Source: Blastocatellia bacterium (lineage in GTDB: Bacteria; Acidobacteriota; Blastocatellia; HR10). Taken from it: a stretch of DNA of 64,000 nt. Shown in pieces: positions 51,652 to 63,266 of this stretch. The stretch covers positions 22,423 through 86,422 of the forward strand of contig JANWYV010000045.1 in NCBI GenBank assembly GCA_025055075.1, written 5' to 3'. Under the pieces are notes generated by a model that was not told the DNA's origin, did no database searches, and saw nothing but the letters and a program-made list of their open reading frames with translations. A program made the translations under genes and the position numbers. The first letter of the stretch is position 1, and every line of letters begins with the position of its first letter.

Positions 51652-51921
51652 ATGAAGATGAAGCTGCTCGCAGTGCTTAAGAGCATCCTGCTTTGGTCCT
51701 ACGAACGCGGGACATGGCAATACGATGTGTTGTGCTTGGTGATCCTCGCCTTCATCTTCCTGACGCCGAGCAGTTGGTTTAATGGCCCGAGCGCTGGTTC
51801 CACCTCCCCCCCCGGGATGGAACGACGCGAGCCTCCCCCGCCTGCGCGAGCGAGCGACCCGACGTCGGAGAGGCGAAAGAACGATGCGAGAATTCCCCCC
51901 GCGCCGGCCATTGACAGGTAG
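51652..51921 (+). CDS. Small membrane protein
   Basis: [29 protein letters not shown] conserved-looking N-terminal block and Pro-rich tail. Confidence 0.7.
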   Translation: MKMKLLAVLKSILLWSYERGTWQYDVLCLVILAFIFLTPSSWFNGPSAGSTSPPGMERREPPPPARASDPTSERRKNDARIPPAPAIDR

Positions 51922-51954
51922 CGTGTCTCTCCCTTACGCTTTGGGGAGTGTCGT

Positions 51955-52680
51955 ATGAGGGGGCCACGGATGACAGTGAAGCGATGGATGAGCACCGTCG
52001 TAGGAATAGCGCTCGCTCTGTTGAGCGCTCCTCCTTCGCGGAGCCGCGGAGCGCCGGACTCGGGCATGGCGGTCACCCCGATTCTGGAACGGATGGCGCA
52101 AGCTGTGCGGCAAATGCAGACGCTACGCGCTGCGCTCAGTCAAGAGAAGTTTTACGCACAGCTCGGCTTGAAAGATCCTCCCGAAAGGGGCGTTCTCTAC
52201 ATGAAGCGAAAGGGTGAGCGGAACCTTTCCCTCCGCATCGAGATCAACGTCCCTGAGAAACGGATCATTACGATCCGAGACAACCACTTCATGCTCTATC
52301 AGCCCCGGATCAATCAGGTGATCGAAGGGACCATTGATCGCCACTCGCTACGCGCCGCCGCCGGTTTCCTCGCCTATCTCTTCCATGGCCTTGCTCAAGC
52401 TGCCGAGGATTATGAGATCACCCTCGTCGGGCAGGAGACGATCGAAGGCCGTCGCCTTTCGCATCTGGTCCTCACCCCGAAGCCGAATCGACGTGGCCTC
52501 TATCGCCGCGTTGACCTCTGGGTGGATCACCAACTTTGGCTGCCCATTGTGCAGAAGATCGTCGAATCCAACCGCGATGAGACGCTCCTCAAGCTCGACG
52601 ATGTGAGACTCAACGTGAGCCTCCCCGACCACCTCTTTGTGCAAAAGCTCCCGCCGGGCGTGCAACGGGTCAGAGGGTGA
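51955..52680 (+). CDS. Outer-membrane lipoprotein carrier LolA-like protein
   Basis: Signal peptide, TLRAxxxQEK, YQPRINQV, LWVD...LP, VRLNVSLPDHLF. Confidence 0.8.
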   Translation: MRGPRMTVKRWMSTVVGIALALLSAPPSRSRGAPDSGMAVTPILERMAQAVRQMQTLRAALSQEKFYAQLGLKDPPERGVLYMKRKGERNLSLRIEINVPEKRIITIRDNHFMLYQPRINQVIEGTIDRHSLRAAAGFLAYLFHGLAQAAEDYEITLVGQETIEGRRLSHLVLTPKPNRRGLYRRVDLWVDHQLWLPIVQKIVESNRDETLLKLDDVRLNVSLPDHLFVQKLPPGVQRVRG

Positions 52681-52726
52681 GGTAGTATCCCTCCCTGGTT
52701 GAAATCTCCGTCAGCCGAGAGATGTC

Positions 52727-52755
52727 TTGACGATGCCCGCCCCATCTGATATAAG
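52727..52755 (+). promoter_or_regulatory. sigma70 promoter of the FG-GAP gene
   Basis: TTGACG-17 bp-(TGa)TATAAG. Confidence 0.55.
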
Positions 52756-52880
52756 TGAGCTTCGCCGTGCGTGAGGGAGAAGAGATGAGGCGCTGCAGTC
52801 CCTTGAAGCCCGCTAAATGCCTGCCTCATAGCGCCCTCGCCCATTGGCGTAGTGGAAGAACCTCACTGGGAGGATTTCGC

Positions 52881-54611
52881 ATGTCCTGGCAAACAGTCCG
52901 ATGCCTTTTCCCTCGCATTGTGGCGCTTGCGTCGCTCGCTCTTCTGATCGGCGGAGCGTGGTTCGTGCGTTCGGCGCGACCGGTCCAATCGCGTGAGGAC
53001 GTCGCGCCCGCCGCCTTGGATCTTCAACAAGGACCGGATCTGGCTCTGGTCGGGATGACGGCGAGCGATGGGATCACGGTGAACGCTGTCGGTCAGATCT
53101 CCGGTAACATTAATGCTATCGCGGCCGATGTCAACGGCGATGGGATGAACGATCTCCTCATAGGCGTGCCATACAACGATGGACCGGATGGAGCACGATC
53201 CAACTGTGGAGCTGTCTACATCATCCTGGGACGACCGGGACAAAGGCTGCCGCTCATCCGAGACCTGAATGCTGAAAGACCAAATGTCATCATCTATGGG
53301 GCGGATCCAGGCGACCAACTGGGATATAGCCTCGCTGCTGGTGATGTCAATGGGGATGGCGTGGCTGATGTGATCATCGGCGCCCCATTTGCAGATGGGC
53401 CGAATAATGCTCGGTCGAACGTCGGTGAGGTCTATGTGCTCTTCGGTGGTTCTTCCATCGCCGCAACCTCTGTGCGCGATCTGCGTTCTTCTTCAGCGGA
53501 TGTCACGATCATCGGATGGGGAGGCCCGGCAGGAAAGAACGTGCAGGATGAAGCGGGCGCATCTGTCGCTGTAGGTGATGTGAATGGGGATAGAATTGCG
53601 GACATCATCATTGGGGCTCCAGGCGTGAAAGGCCCAGATGGAAATCGAACGACGTCTCCGGCTCTTGGCCTTCCGGTCTCAGCGGGAGCGATTTATGTTC
53701 TCTTTGGCTCCTCCAGATGGACGTCTCCCAGGGACATCGGGAGCAATCCGGCTCAGCCATCGGCAGATGTCGTGATCTATGGCCGGACAAGCACGGTCGC
53801 CCAAATCTATAGAGTCGGCGAAGGCCTTGGACAGGCTGTGGCTGTGGGAGATGTCAATGGGGATGGGATTGGAGATATCATTGGAGGCGCACCTTTCTAC
53901 ACCGCGGGGAACGACGTCAGTCAAGGGCGAGCGTATGTCTTTTTGGGGAGTCGTTCCCCCCGGAATCTCCGCGATACCTCAAGGACAGGTACTGACCCCC
54001 AAGCCCCGAACGCTACGATTAATGGAATTGACGCCGCCGATTTTCTGGGAAGCATCGTCGCGACGGGCGATGTGAGTGGGGATGGCATAGATGATCTCGT
54101 CATCGGTGTTCCTCAAGGCTCTGGCCCAGGGAATGCACGCCCAGGCTCGGGAGAAGTCTACGTGCTTTTTGGGGGTAGCTCTCTGACAGGAAGTCGAGAC
54201 CTCGATAGGAATCCACCTGACGCGCGTTTTTATGGTGCGGATCCTGGAGATGCCTTGGGCTTTTCCATCGCCGTGGGGGATTGGAACGGGGATGGCCAAA
54301 GGGATCTAATTTTGGCAGCTCCGGCAGCCGATGGGCCGGGAAACCGACGGGATGGAGCCGGCGAGATTTACATCATTCTCGGTGGAGCGAGTTTCTTGCG
54401 CGGCACGGTGGATTTCGCGGAAACGCCGCCTGATCCGAATTTGACGATCTACGGCGCGACGATTGGGGATCAGGTGGGATTCTCTCTTGCCGCCGCGGAT
54501 CTGGATCGGGACGGGAAAGCGGACGTCATCGCGACGTCTCCATTTGGAGATGGTCCGCCGGAGATCCGGCGCCCAAAGGCCGGCGTGGTTTACGCCATCC
54601 GCGGCCGATAG
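52881..54611 (+). CDS. Secreted FG-GAP/integrin-alpha-like seven-bladed beta-propeller
   Basis: Seven DxNGDGxxD-hhhGAP repeats each followed by GxVY. Signal peptide from ATG 52881 after GGGAGGA. Confidence 0.88.
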   Translation: MSWQTVRCLFPRIVALASLALLIGGAWFVRSARPVQSREDVAPAALDLQQGPDLALVGMTASDGITVNAVGQISGNINAIAADVNGDGMNDLLIGVPYNDGPDGARSNCGAVYIILGRPGQRLPLIRDLNAERPNVIIYGADPGDQLGYSLAAGDVNGDGVADVIIGAPFADGPNNARSNVGEVYVLFGGSSIAATSVRDLRSSSADVTIIGWGGPAGKNVQDEAGASVAVGDVNGDRIADIIIGAPGVKGPDGNRTTSPALGLPVSAGAIYVLFGSSRWTSPRDIGSNPAQPSADVVIYGRTSTVAQIYRVGEGLGQAVAVGDVNGDGIGDIIGGAPFYTAGNDVSQGRAYVFLGSRSPRNLRDTSRTGTDPQAPNATINGIDAADFLGSIVATGDVSGDGIDDLVIGVPQGSGPGNARPGSGEVYVLFGGSSLTGSRDLDRNPPDARFYGADPGDALGFSIAVGDWNGDGQRDLILAAPAADGPGNRRDGAGEIYIILGGASFLRGTVDFAETPPDPNLTIYGATIGDQVGFSLAAADLDRDGKADVIATSPFGDGPPEIRRPKAGVVYAIRGR

Positions 54612-54700
54612 CTCGAGGTGGAGGGGCGAAGGAGCAGATTCCTTCGCCCCGTGCGAACAATTGCGGTCGCTGAGGAAAAACTCGGATGAGGCCTCCCTGT

Positions 54701-54724
54701 GAAGTAAGGTGATCACCTTACTTC
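54701..54724. repeat. Perfect 24-bp loopless palindrome spanning the hutI stop codon
   Basis: GAAGTAAGGTGA|TCACCTTACTTC is its own reverse complement. Confidence 0.9.
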
Positions 54725-55996
54725 CACCTTCCGCTCGTACACCACGCGGCCTTGGATGAAGACAGCCCGCACCAAATTCACGCCGAAGAAATACGGGATT
54801 TGGCGATAATCCGATGCTTCGAAGAGGACGAGATCGGCTCGCTTGCCGATTTCGAGCGATCCCACTTGATGACCGCGATCGAGGCTATAGGCAGCATTGA
54901 TCGTCGCCGCGGCGATCGCCTCGGCCGGCGTTAGTTTCATCTGCGTGCAGGCGAGCGCGAGGATCATCGGCATGCTCGGCGTGGGGGATGTCCCCGGATT
55001 GAAGTCTGTTGCGAGGACGACGGGAACGCCCGCCTCGATGAGCTTCCGCGCCGGAGGATACTCGTGTCGGCCGAGATGAAAGCATGCCCCGGGGAGAAGA
55101 ACGGCCATCACTCCAGCCTCTGCCAAGGCGGCGATGTCTTCGTCCGTGATCTTCTCTAAGTGATCCGCCGTCCGCGCGCGAAACTCAGCGGCCAAGCGCG
55201 CCGCGCCCGAGCGTGCGAGTTGTTCCGCGTGAAGACGTAGCTTCAATCCATGAGCCCGTGCAGCCTCCATCAAGATGCGGGCCTCATCTACCGTGAACGC
55301 GCCTGCGTCGCAAAAGACATCGTGATACTCCGCTAGGCCCTCGCGCGCGACCTCCGGCAGAAGCTCTTCCACGATCATCCGAATGTAAGCCGAGCGATCG
55401 CCGACAAATTCCTCGGGAACGACATGAGCGGCCAGAAGCGTGGGGACGATGTCCAAGGGACCCTCCTCACGAAGCCGTCGGATCACGCGCAAGATCTTCA
55501 ACTCCTCCTCTCGGCTCAAGCCATATCCGCTTTTGACTTCGATTGTCGTCGTCCCGTGTTCGAGGAACCACCGAAGGCGATGGCGCGCGATCTCCAGGAG
55601 CGCATCTTCTGACGCAGCGCGCGTCTGACGGACGGTCGTCCAAATGCCCCCTCCTCGACGGGCAATCTCCTCATAACTCAAGCCGCGCATTCGCCATTGG
55701 AACTCCTCGACCCGATCGCCAGCGAAAACCAGATGTGTGTGGGCATCGACGAAGCCCGGCAGCACGACCATGCCACGTGCGTCCCATCGCACTACATCAC
55801 GGGGAAGCGCGGATTCTAAGGCATTCGTCGGCCCGACGGCGACGATGATCCCGTTCTCGATTAATATGGCGCCGTTCTCGATGATGCCCAGCTCTTCCAG
55901 CTCTCGACCGACGCGCGGTCGGTTCGGTCCGGCGAGCGTCACCACCTGAGCCGCCGAGTGGAGGAACAATGGTCGCGCTGTCTTCGGATCAGCCAT
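54713..55996 (-). CDS. hutI: Imidazolonepropionase
   Basis: PGFVDAHTHLVFAG, GTTTIEVKSGYGL, HAEQL, ADHL, ATDFNPG. Confidence 0.95.
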   Translation of the reverse strand: MADPKTARPLFLHSAAQVVTLAGPNRPRVGRELEELGIIENGAILIENGIIVAVGPTNALESALPRDVVRWDARGMVVLPGFVDAHTHLVFAGDRVEEFQWRMRGLSYEEIARRGGGIWTTVRQTRAASEDALLEIARHRLRWFLEHGTTTIEVKSGYGLSREEELKILRVIRRLREEGPLDIVPTLLAAHVVPEEFVGDRSAYIRMIVEELLPEVAREGLAEYHDVFCDAGAFTVDEARILMEAARAHGLKLRLHAEQLARSGAARLAAEFRARTADHLEKITDEDIAALAEAGVMAVLLPGACFHLGRHEYPPARKLIEAGVPVVLATDFNPGTSPTPSMPMILALACTQMKLTPAEAIAAATINAAYSLDRGHQVGSLEIGKRADLVLFEASDYRQIPYFFGVNLVRAVFIQGRVVYERKVEVR

Positions 55997-56075
55997 TTTC
56001 ACCTCCCGGCCGAGTATCCTACTTCCCCTTGCCGAGATGGGCAACCGAGCTGGGTATTCTCTCGACCCAAAGTCT

Positions 56076-56104
56076 TTGCACCGGACGAAGCGATTGGCTA
56101 TACT
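56076..56104 (+). promoter_or_regulatory. sigma70 promoter of the phosphotransferase operon
   Basis: TTGCAC-17 bp-TATACT. Confidence 0.6.
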
Positions 56105-56116
56105 GCCAGGGCGAAC

Positions 56117-57201
56117 ATGTCCAATCCGGGCGAGCGAAAGGAGCGTGCGCATTGTATTGAGGAAGCCGTGCGCGCGTATGCCGCGCGCGTCTTTGGTCTC
56201 GATCCCTGCCGCGTTCGAGCGAAGAAGTTGGCCGGCGATGCCTCGCTGCGACAGTATTTCCGCGTTTACCTGCCGGATGGGCGCCATTACGTCGTCGCGC
56301 GCTACCCTGAACCGTTCGATCCGACCACGCACCCCTATTGCGACGTGACGGCTCTCTTCCTCAAAGCCGGACTCCCCGTACCAACGATCTTTGATGCTGA
56401 CGGCGAGCGCGGGATGATGCTTCTGGAAGATCTCGGTGATGTCCGATTGCAAGATTGGCTCCCAACGGCGCGCCCCGATGAGCAACGAGCAGCGTATCGG
56501 GAAGCTATTCAATTGATCCTTCGGATTCAAGGAGCGACGCGCTTGGCCGACGAATGCGGGTCAATAGCTGCGCGCCTAGCCTTCGATGTGGAGAAGTTGG
56601 ATTGGGAGCTGCGCTTCTTCTTCTCGAATTTTTTCGAGAAGTATCTTGGCCTCTCGCTCGCTCCCGGACAGACGGAGCGCTTGCACGCGGAATTCCTGGA
56701 GATCGCTGCGGAGTTGGCAGCGATTCCGCGTGTGCTGACGCATCGGGATTTCCACTCTCGGAACTTGATGTGGTATCGAGGTCGGCTTTACATCATTGAC
56801 CATCAGGACGCACGCTTGGGGCCGCCCAGTTATGATCTCGCCTCGCTGCTCGGCGATCCGTATGTGGAGCTGGACGATGCCCTCATCGAAGCGATGATCG
56901 AGTTCTTCCTGGAGGAAAAATCCCGCGCGGAGGCGACGTGGGGACAGGTCGAGCGACGCGCGGCCTTTCGCCGGGAGCTGGATTTGATGGCCCTGCAGCG
57001 ACTCCTGAAAGCGACGGGCACGTATGCGTATCAAGCGGCCGTGGTAGGGAATCCCGTCTACAAGCCATATATCCCGCGAGCGCTCCAGCGGGCCGCGCGC
57101 GCCCTCTTTCGGCTGGGACGCTTTCCCGCGCTTCGGAAGACGTTTGAAGAGATCATCGCGCCCGCCCTCTTGGAGCGAGTGGCAATGGAGGCGAATCGCC
57201 A

Positions 57202-57205
<4 letters not shown>
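56117..57205 (+). CDS. Aminoglycoside phosphotransferase family, AmgK-like anomeric MurNAc/GlcNAc kinase
   Basis: [51 protein letters not shown]. Confidence 0.82.
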
Positions 57206-59301
<2,096 letters not shown>

Positions 59302-59326
59302 GCCGCATTCGCGGCCGCTCACGGCG

Positions 59327-60463
59327 GTGAAGGTCCTGCAGATCGGAAAATTCTACTTCCCCGTCCCCGGCGGCATGGAGACGGTCTTGCAGCATCTCTG
59401 CGAGGAGCTGAATGCGCACGTGGACCTGCATGTCCTCGTCGCGAATACGCAACCGCGAACAGTGACCGAATGGGTTAACGGCGTTTTGGTGACGCGCGTG
59501 GCTCGATGGGGACAAATCGCTTCTACGCCGCTCTGCCCTTCACTTCCTCATCTTGTGACCAAGCATCGTGCCGACATCCTCCACCTTCATGAACCGAATC
59601 CGATGGCCACACTCGCAGTGCTGATGGCGAATCCGAGAGCGCGCGTGCTCGTCTCTTTCCACAGCGAGGTCGTGCGACAGCGCATATGGCGACCGGTCTA
59701 TCGTCCACTCCTTGCGCGGCTCTTGCGACGCGCCGATCGCATCATCATCGCCACGCCGCGCCATCTCGATCTTCCCACGCTTCGCCCCTATCGCGACAAG
59801 TGCGTCATCATCCCTTTCGGCATTGATGTGACCCGCTTCCGACCGAATGAGACACTGCGACAGCGCGCCGCAGCGATTCGCGCCGAATTCGGGCCTCGCG
59901 TGATCCTATTCGTTGGTCGACTCGTGTACTACAAGGGCGTGGAGTATCTGATCGAGGCAATGCTCCGCGTCCCAGCGCGGCTCCTCATCGTCGGGCGCGG
60001 CCCGCGCGAACGCGCGTTGCGACGACGCGCGCGCGCCCTCGGGCTCGACGAGCGAGTCGCCTTCCTCGGGGAGATCGCGCACGAGCACCTTCCGGCCTAT
60101 TACCACGCCTGCGATCTCTTGGTCCTCCCCTCCATTCGAGAGAGCGAGACCTTCGGCATCGTTCAACTCGAGGCGATGGCAGCGGGGAAACCCGTCATCA
60201 GCACGGCGCTACCCACCGGCGTCGCGTGGGTGAATCAGCACGAAGTCACTGGACTCCTTGTTCCCCCAGCGAATGCCGATGCCTTGGCGGACGCCATGAA
60301 CCGATTGCTGGAAGACGACGCGCTTCGTCAACGGCTCGGGGAAGCTGCTCGCCAATACGTGAGCGAGCGCTTCACTCGTCAGAGGATGGCGCGCGCCGTC
60401 CTCGCCCTCTACGAGGACGTGCTCTCTGACGCCCTACGATCGGCCTCTTCGCGCGAACCGTAG
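59327..60463 (+). CDS. Glycosyltransferase family 4
   Basis: GGME, FVGRLVYYKG, ETFGIVQLEAMAAGKP. Confidence 0.9.
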   Translation: MKVLQIGKFYFPVPGGMETVLQHLCEELNAHVDLHVLVANTQPRTVTEWVNGVLVTRVARWGQIASTPLCPSLPHLVTKHRADILHLHEPNPMATLAVLMANPRARVLVSFHSEVVRQRIWRPVYRPLLARLLRRADRIIIATPRHLDLPTLRPYRDKCVIIPFGIDVTRFRPNETLRQRAAAIRAEFGPRVILFVGRLVYYKGVEYLIEAMLRVPARLLIVGRGPRERALRRRARALGLDERVAFLGEIAHEHLPAYYHACDLLVLPSIRESETFGIVQLEAMAAGKPVISTALPTGVAWVNQHEVTGLLVPPANADALADAMNRLLEDDALRQRLGEAARQYVSERFTRQRMARAVLALYEDVLSDALRSASSREP

Positions 60464-60486
60464 CCAAAGATCCCTGCGCGCAGGCA

Positions 60487-60996
60487 TCACGGTCGCTTCG
60501 GTCGAAGGCTCAAGCGATGCATGATCTCGTCGGCCACCGCTTCGGGCGCTTGAGAACCCGCATCCACTCGCAGATCGGCTTGTTGATAGGCCGGAAGGCG
60601 CGCCTCGAGCAGCGCGCGCATCTGCTCGGCCGAACGATAGAGCGGACGATCGGATGTTCCACTTAATCGTGCCAGGATGACCTCCAGCGGACAATCGAGC
60701 CAGACCGAGACGCCCAATCGTTTGACTTCGCGACGATTCCCCTCGCTCACGAAAGCCCCGCCGCCGAGCGCCACGACGACATCTTCCCATGCTTCGAGCT
60801 CGCGCAAAGCACGGCTCTCCATCTCACGAAAGGCGCCTTCCCCCATTCGCGCGAAGATCTCACGGATCGAGAGACCCGCTTGCTCTTGAATCAGCTCATC
60901 GAGATCCAGGAAGGCGTATCCGAGTTTCTCGGCCAAGAGGCGCCCAACGGTCGTCTTCCCCGATCCCATGAAGCCGACCAGAAAAATCCGCATCAC
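60487..60996 (-). CDS. aroK: Shikimate kinase
   Basis: GFMGSGKTT, DLD, GEGAFR, GGG, RPL. Confidence 0.95.
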   Translation of the reverse strand: MMRIFLVGFMGSGKTTVGRLLAEKLGYAFLDLDELIQEQAGLSIREIFARMGEGAFREMESRALRELEAWEDVVVALGGGAFVSEGNRREVKRLGVSVWLDCPLEVILARLSGTSDRPLYRSAEQMRALLEARLPAYQQADLRVDAGSQAPEAVADEIMHRLSLRPKRP

Positions 60997-62309
60997 CGTT
61001 CGACGATCTGCTCCAGTAAGCGAAAGAACGCCGGGAAGGAGATGGCCGCGACCTCGGGGTCCCGGATGATCGTCTCCCCTTCGGCCAAAAGTCCGGCGAT
61101 CGCAAACGCCATCGCGAGACGATGATCGCCCTCGTGTTCGATTTCCGCTCCCCGCAGCGCCTGCGGCCCGGCGACGGCGAACCCATCCGCATATTCGATC
61201 ACCTGAGCGCCCATGCGCCTCAAGTTCTCCACGAGTACGCGAATCCGATCGCTCTCTTTGACGCGCAACTCGGTCGCCTCGCGCACGAGCATTCCCCCTG
61301 GCATTTGCGTCGCGAGAACAGCGAGCACGGGGATCTCATCAATCACCTTCGGGATGAGCGCTCCGCTGAGGACGAGCGGCTCCGCGCGCCCGCGCTCAGC
61401 GCGCGGAGGAGAGACGACGCGCACATCGCCCACTGGCTCGCCATGCCATCGGCGCACGTTCTCGATCTCGATACGCGCCCCCCACTGCCGAAGGACGTCA
61501 AGAAACCCCGTGCGCGTCGGATTGAGCAAGACGTCGCGAACGAGCAGATGCGAGCCCGACAGGGCGAGCGCGCCAGCGATGAAGAAAGCCGCCGAGGAGA
61601 TGTCGCCGGCGATTCGATACTCTCGCGCTCGCAGTTGAGGCCGCCCCACGACGGAGATGATTCCTCCCGACGAGTTCACACGAGCACCGAATTCAGCAAG
61701 CATGATCTCCGTATGATCTCGCGTGGGGACTGCTTCCTCTACGGTCGTCGTCCCCGAGGCGAAAAGACCAGCTAACAGCACGCACGACTTGACCTGCGCG
61801 CTCGCCACCGGCATCCGATACCAAATTGGGCGCAAGCTTCCTCCGCAAATCGTCAGGGGCGCATAACGCTCTTCGCGCGCGCGCACCGAAGCCCCCATCA
61901 ATCGCAGCGGATGCACGATCCGATCCATGGGCCGACGCTGCAGCGACATATCGCCCGTGATCGTGCTCTCAAACCGTTGCCCGGCCAGAATCCCCGCGAG
62001 CATGCGGATGGTGGAGCCGGAGTTTCCGGCATCGAGCACATGCTGGGGTTGGGTGAACCCTTCCAGGCCCATTCCACGAACGACCACCACCATTCCCTCT
62101 TCGGCGTCGGCGACTTCGATCGGAACGCCCAAGGCCCGCAGACAAGCGAGCGTGCGCTCGCAATCGAGACTCGGAGAGAAATTCTGCAATCGGGAGACGC
62201 CCTCGCTCAGAGCGGCGCATAAGGCCGCGCGATGCGAGAGGGATTTGTCCCCCGGCATGCGCAGCTCACCCACGAGGCGCTTCGCTCTGCCGATCACGCA
62301 TCTTGACAT
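60993..62309 (-). CDS. aroA: 3-phosphoshikimate 1-carboxyvinyltransferase
   Basis: PGDKSLSHR, GNSGST, RRPM, SAQVKS, DEIP, KESDR, DHR. Confidence 0.96.
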   Translation of the reverse strand: MSRCVIGRAKRLVGELRMPGDKSLSHRAALCAALSEGVSRLQNFSPSLDCERTLACLRALGVPIEVADAEEGMVVVVRGMGLEGFTQPQHVLDAGNSGSTIRMLAGILAGQRFESTITGDMSLQRRPMDRIVHPLRLMGASVRAREERYAPLTICGGSLRPIWYRMPVASAQVKSCVLLAGLFASGTTTVEEAVPTRDHTEIMLAEFGARVNSSGGIISVVGRPQLRAREYRIAGDISSAAFFIAGALALSGSHLLVRDVLLNPTRTGFLDVLRQWGARIEIENVRRWHGEPVGDVRVVSPPRAERGRAEPLVLSGALIPKVIDEIPVLAVLATQMPGGMLVREATELRVKESDRIRVLVENLRRMGAQVIEYADGFAVAGPQALRGAEIEHEGDHRLAMAFAIAGLLAEGETIIRDPEVAAISFPAFFRLLEQIVER

Positions 62310-62448
62310 AGGACCCCTGCTATGTTACATCACTCCTTCCGAAGATGCACAACGCCTGCTCCGCAACTGAAAAACACGCGCGCATGGACAGCCCTCCTCC
62401 CGAACAGACTGTTCGGCCCGGCAGCTTCCAGCGCGCATGGGGGGCTCC

Positions 62449-62895
62449 ATGAGACAGGAGCGGGGCCCGGAGACCTACAGCATCAGTCTGAGCATAGCGA
62501 GCGGCTTCGAATTCGTCGAACTCGTGGAGAGGGTGACCGCGACGCTCGCCCGCCTCGCAGGATTCGATGAGGAGACGGCCATGTGGATCAGCATGGCCGT
62601 GCGCGAGGCCGTCATCAACGCCATCAAGCATGGCAACAAGGAGGACCGACAGAAGCGGGTCGAGATCCAATACGCCTTTAATCACGAGGGCCTCAGCATC
62701 CGCGTGCTTGACCAAGGAAGCGGTTTCGACCTCTCCCAGGTGCCCAATCCGCTGGACCCGGAGAACCTGTTGAAGCCAACCGGACGCGGCATCTTCTACA
62801 TGAAGGCGTTCATGGATGAGGTGGACATCTGGTCATCGCCGGGCAGGGGAACGGTCGTCCGATTGCGGAAGAAGATGCGCTCGGAGAGTCCGTAG
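62449..62895 (+). CDS. Anti-sigma factor/Ser kinase, RsbW-like
   Basis: EAVINAIKHGN, DQGSGF, GRGIFYM...MDEV (HATPase_c_2). Confidence 0.88.
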   Translation: MRQERGPETYSISLSIASGFEFVELVERVTATLARLAGFDEETAMWISMAVREAVINAIKHGNKEDRQKRVEIQYAFNHEGLSIRVLDQGSGFDLSQVPNPLDPENLLKPTGRGIFYMKAFMDEVDIWSSPGRGTVVRLRKKMRSESP

Positions 62896-63237
62896 ATGAT
62901 CCGCATCGAGCATCGCACCATCGGAGATGTCCACATCCTGGACATCGAGGGACGCATCACGATCGGTGAAGGGACGCTTCAATTTCGCGAGGCCGTGCAC
63001 CGCGTGCTCCAGCAAGGAGGGCGCAAGATCTTGCTTAATCTCGCTGGCGTCACGCACATGGATAGCTCGGGCATCGGAGAGCTGGTGAGCGCATATACGG
63101 CGGCGGGGAATCGCGGCGGCCGTCTGAAGCTCCTTCACGTTCCCCCACGCATCCGAGAGGTCCTGACGATCACGAAACTGGTTGCCGTCTTCGAAGCCTT
63201 CGATGACGAGGCGGTCGCGGTGGAGAGCTTTCAATAG
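62896..63237 (+). CDS. Anti-sigma factor antagonist (STAS), RsbV-like
   Basis: HMDSSGIG phosphoacceptor motif and ITKL. Confidence 0.9.
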   Translation: MIRIEHRTIGDVHILDIEGRITIGEGTLQFREAVHRVLQQGGRKILLNLAGVTHMDSSGIGELVSAYTAAGNRGGRLKLLHVPPRIREVLTITKLVAVFEAFDDEAVAVESFQ

Positions 63238-63266
63238 CCTTCTCTCCCCCCAGGAACCTCCTACCT

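Noticed and set aside
53100..54560. DNA repeat array or CRISPR-like periodicity
   Set aside because: The recurrence reflects degenerate protein-level FG-GAP repeats. There are no identical repeats with spacers and no cas genes.
54701..54724. dif site for XerC/D
   Set aside because: It lacks the 11-6-11 layout and the TTATGTTAAA XerD arm.
62400..62416. LexA (Cheo) box
   Set aside because: The spacer is GAAC-N5-GTTC rather than N4, and the flanking genes are not SOS genes.
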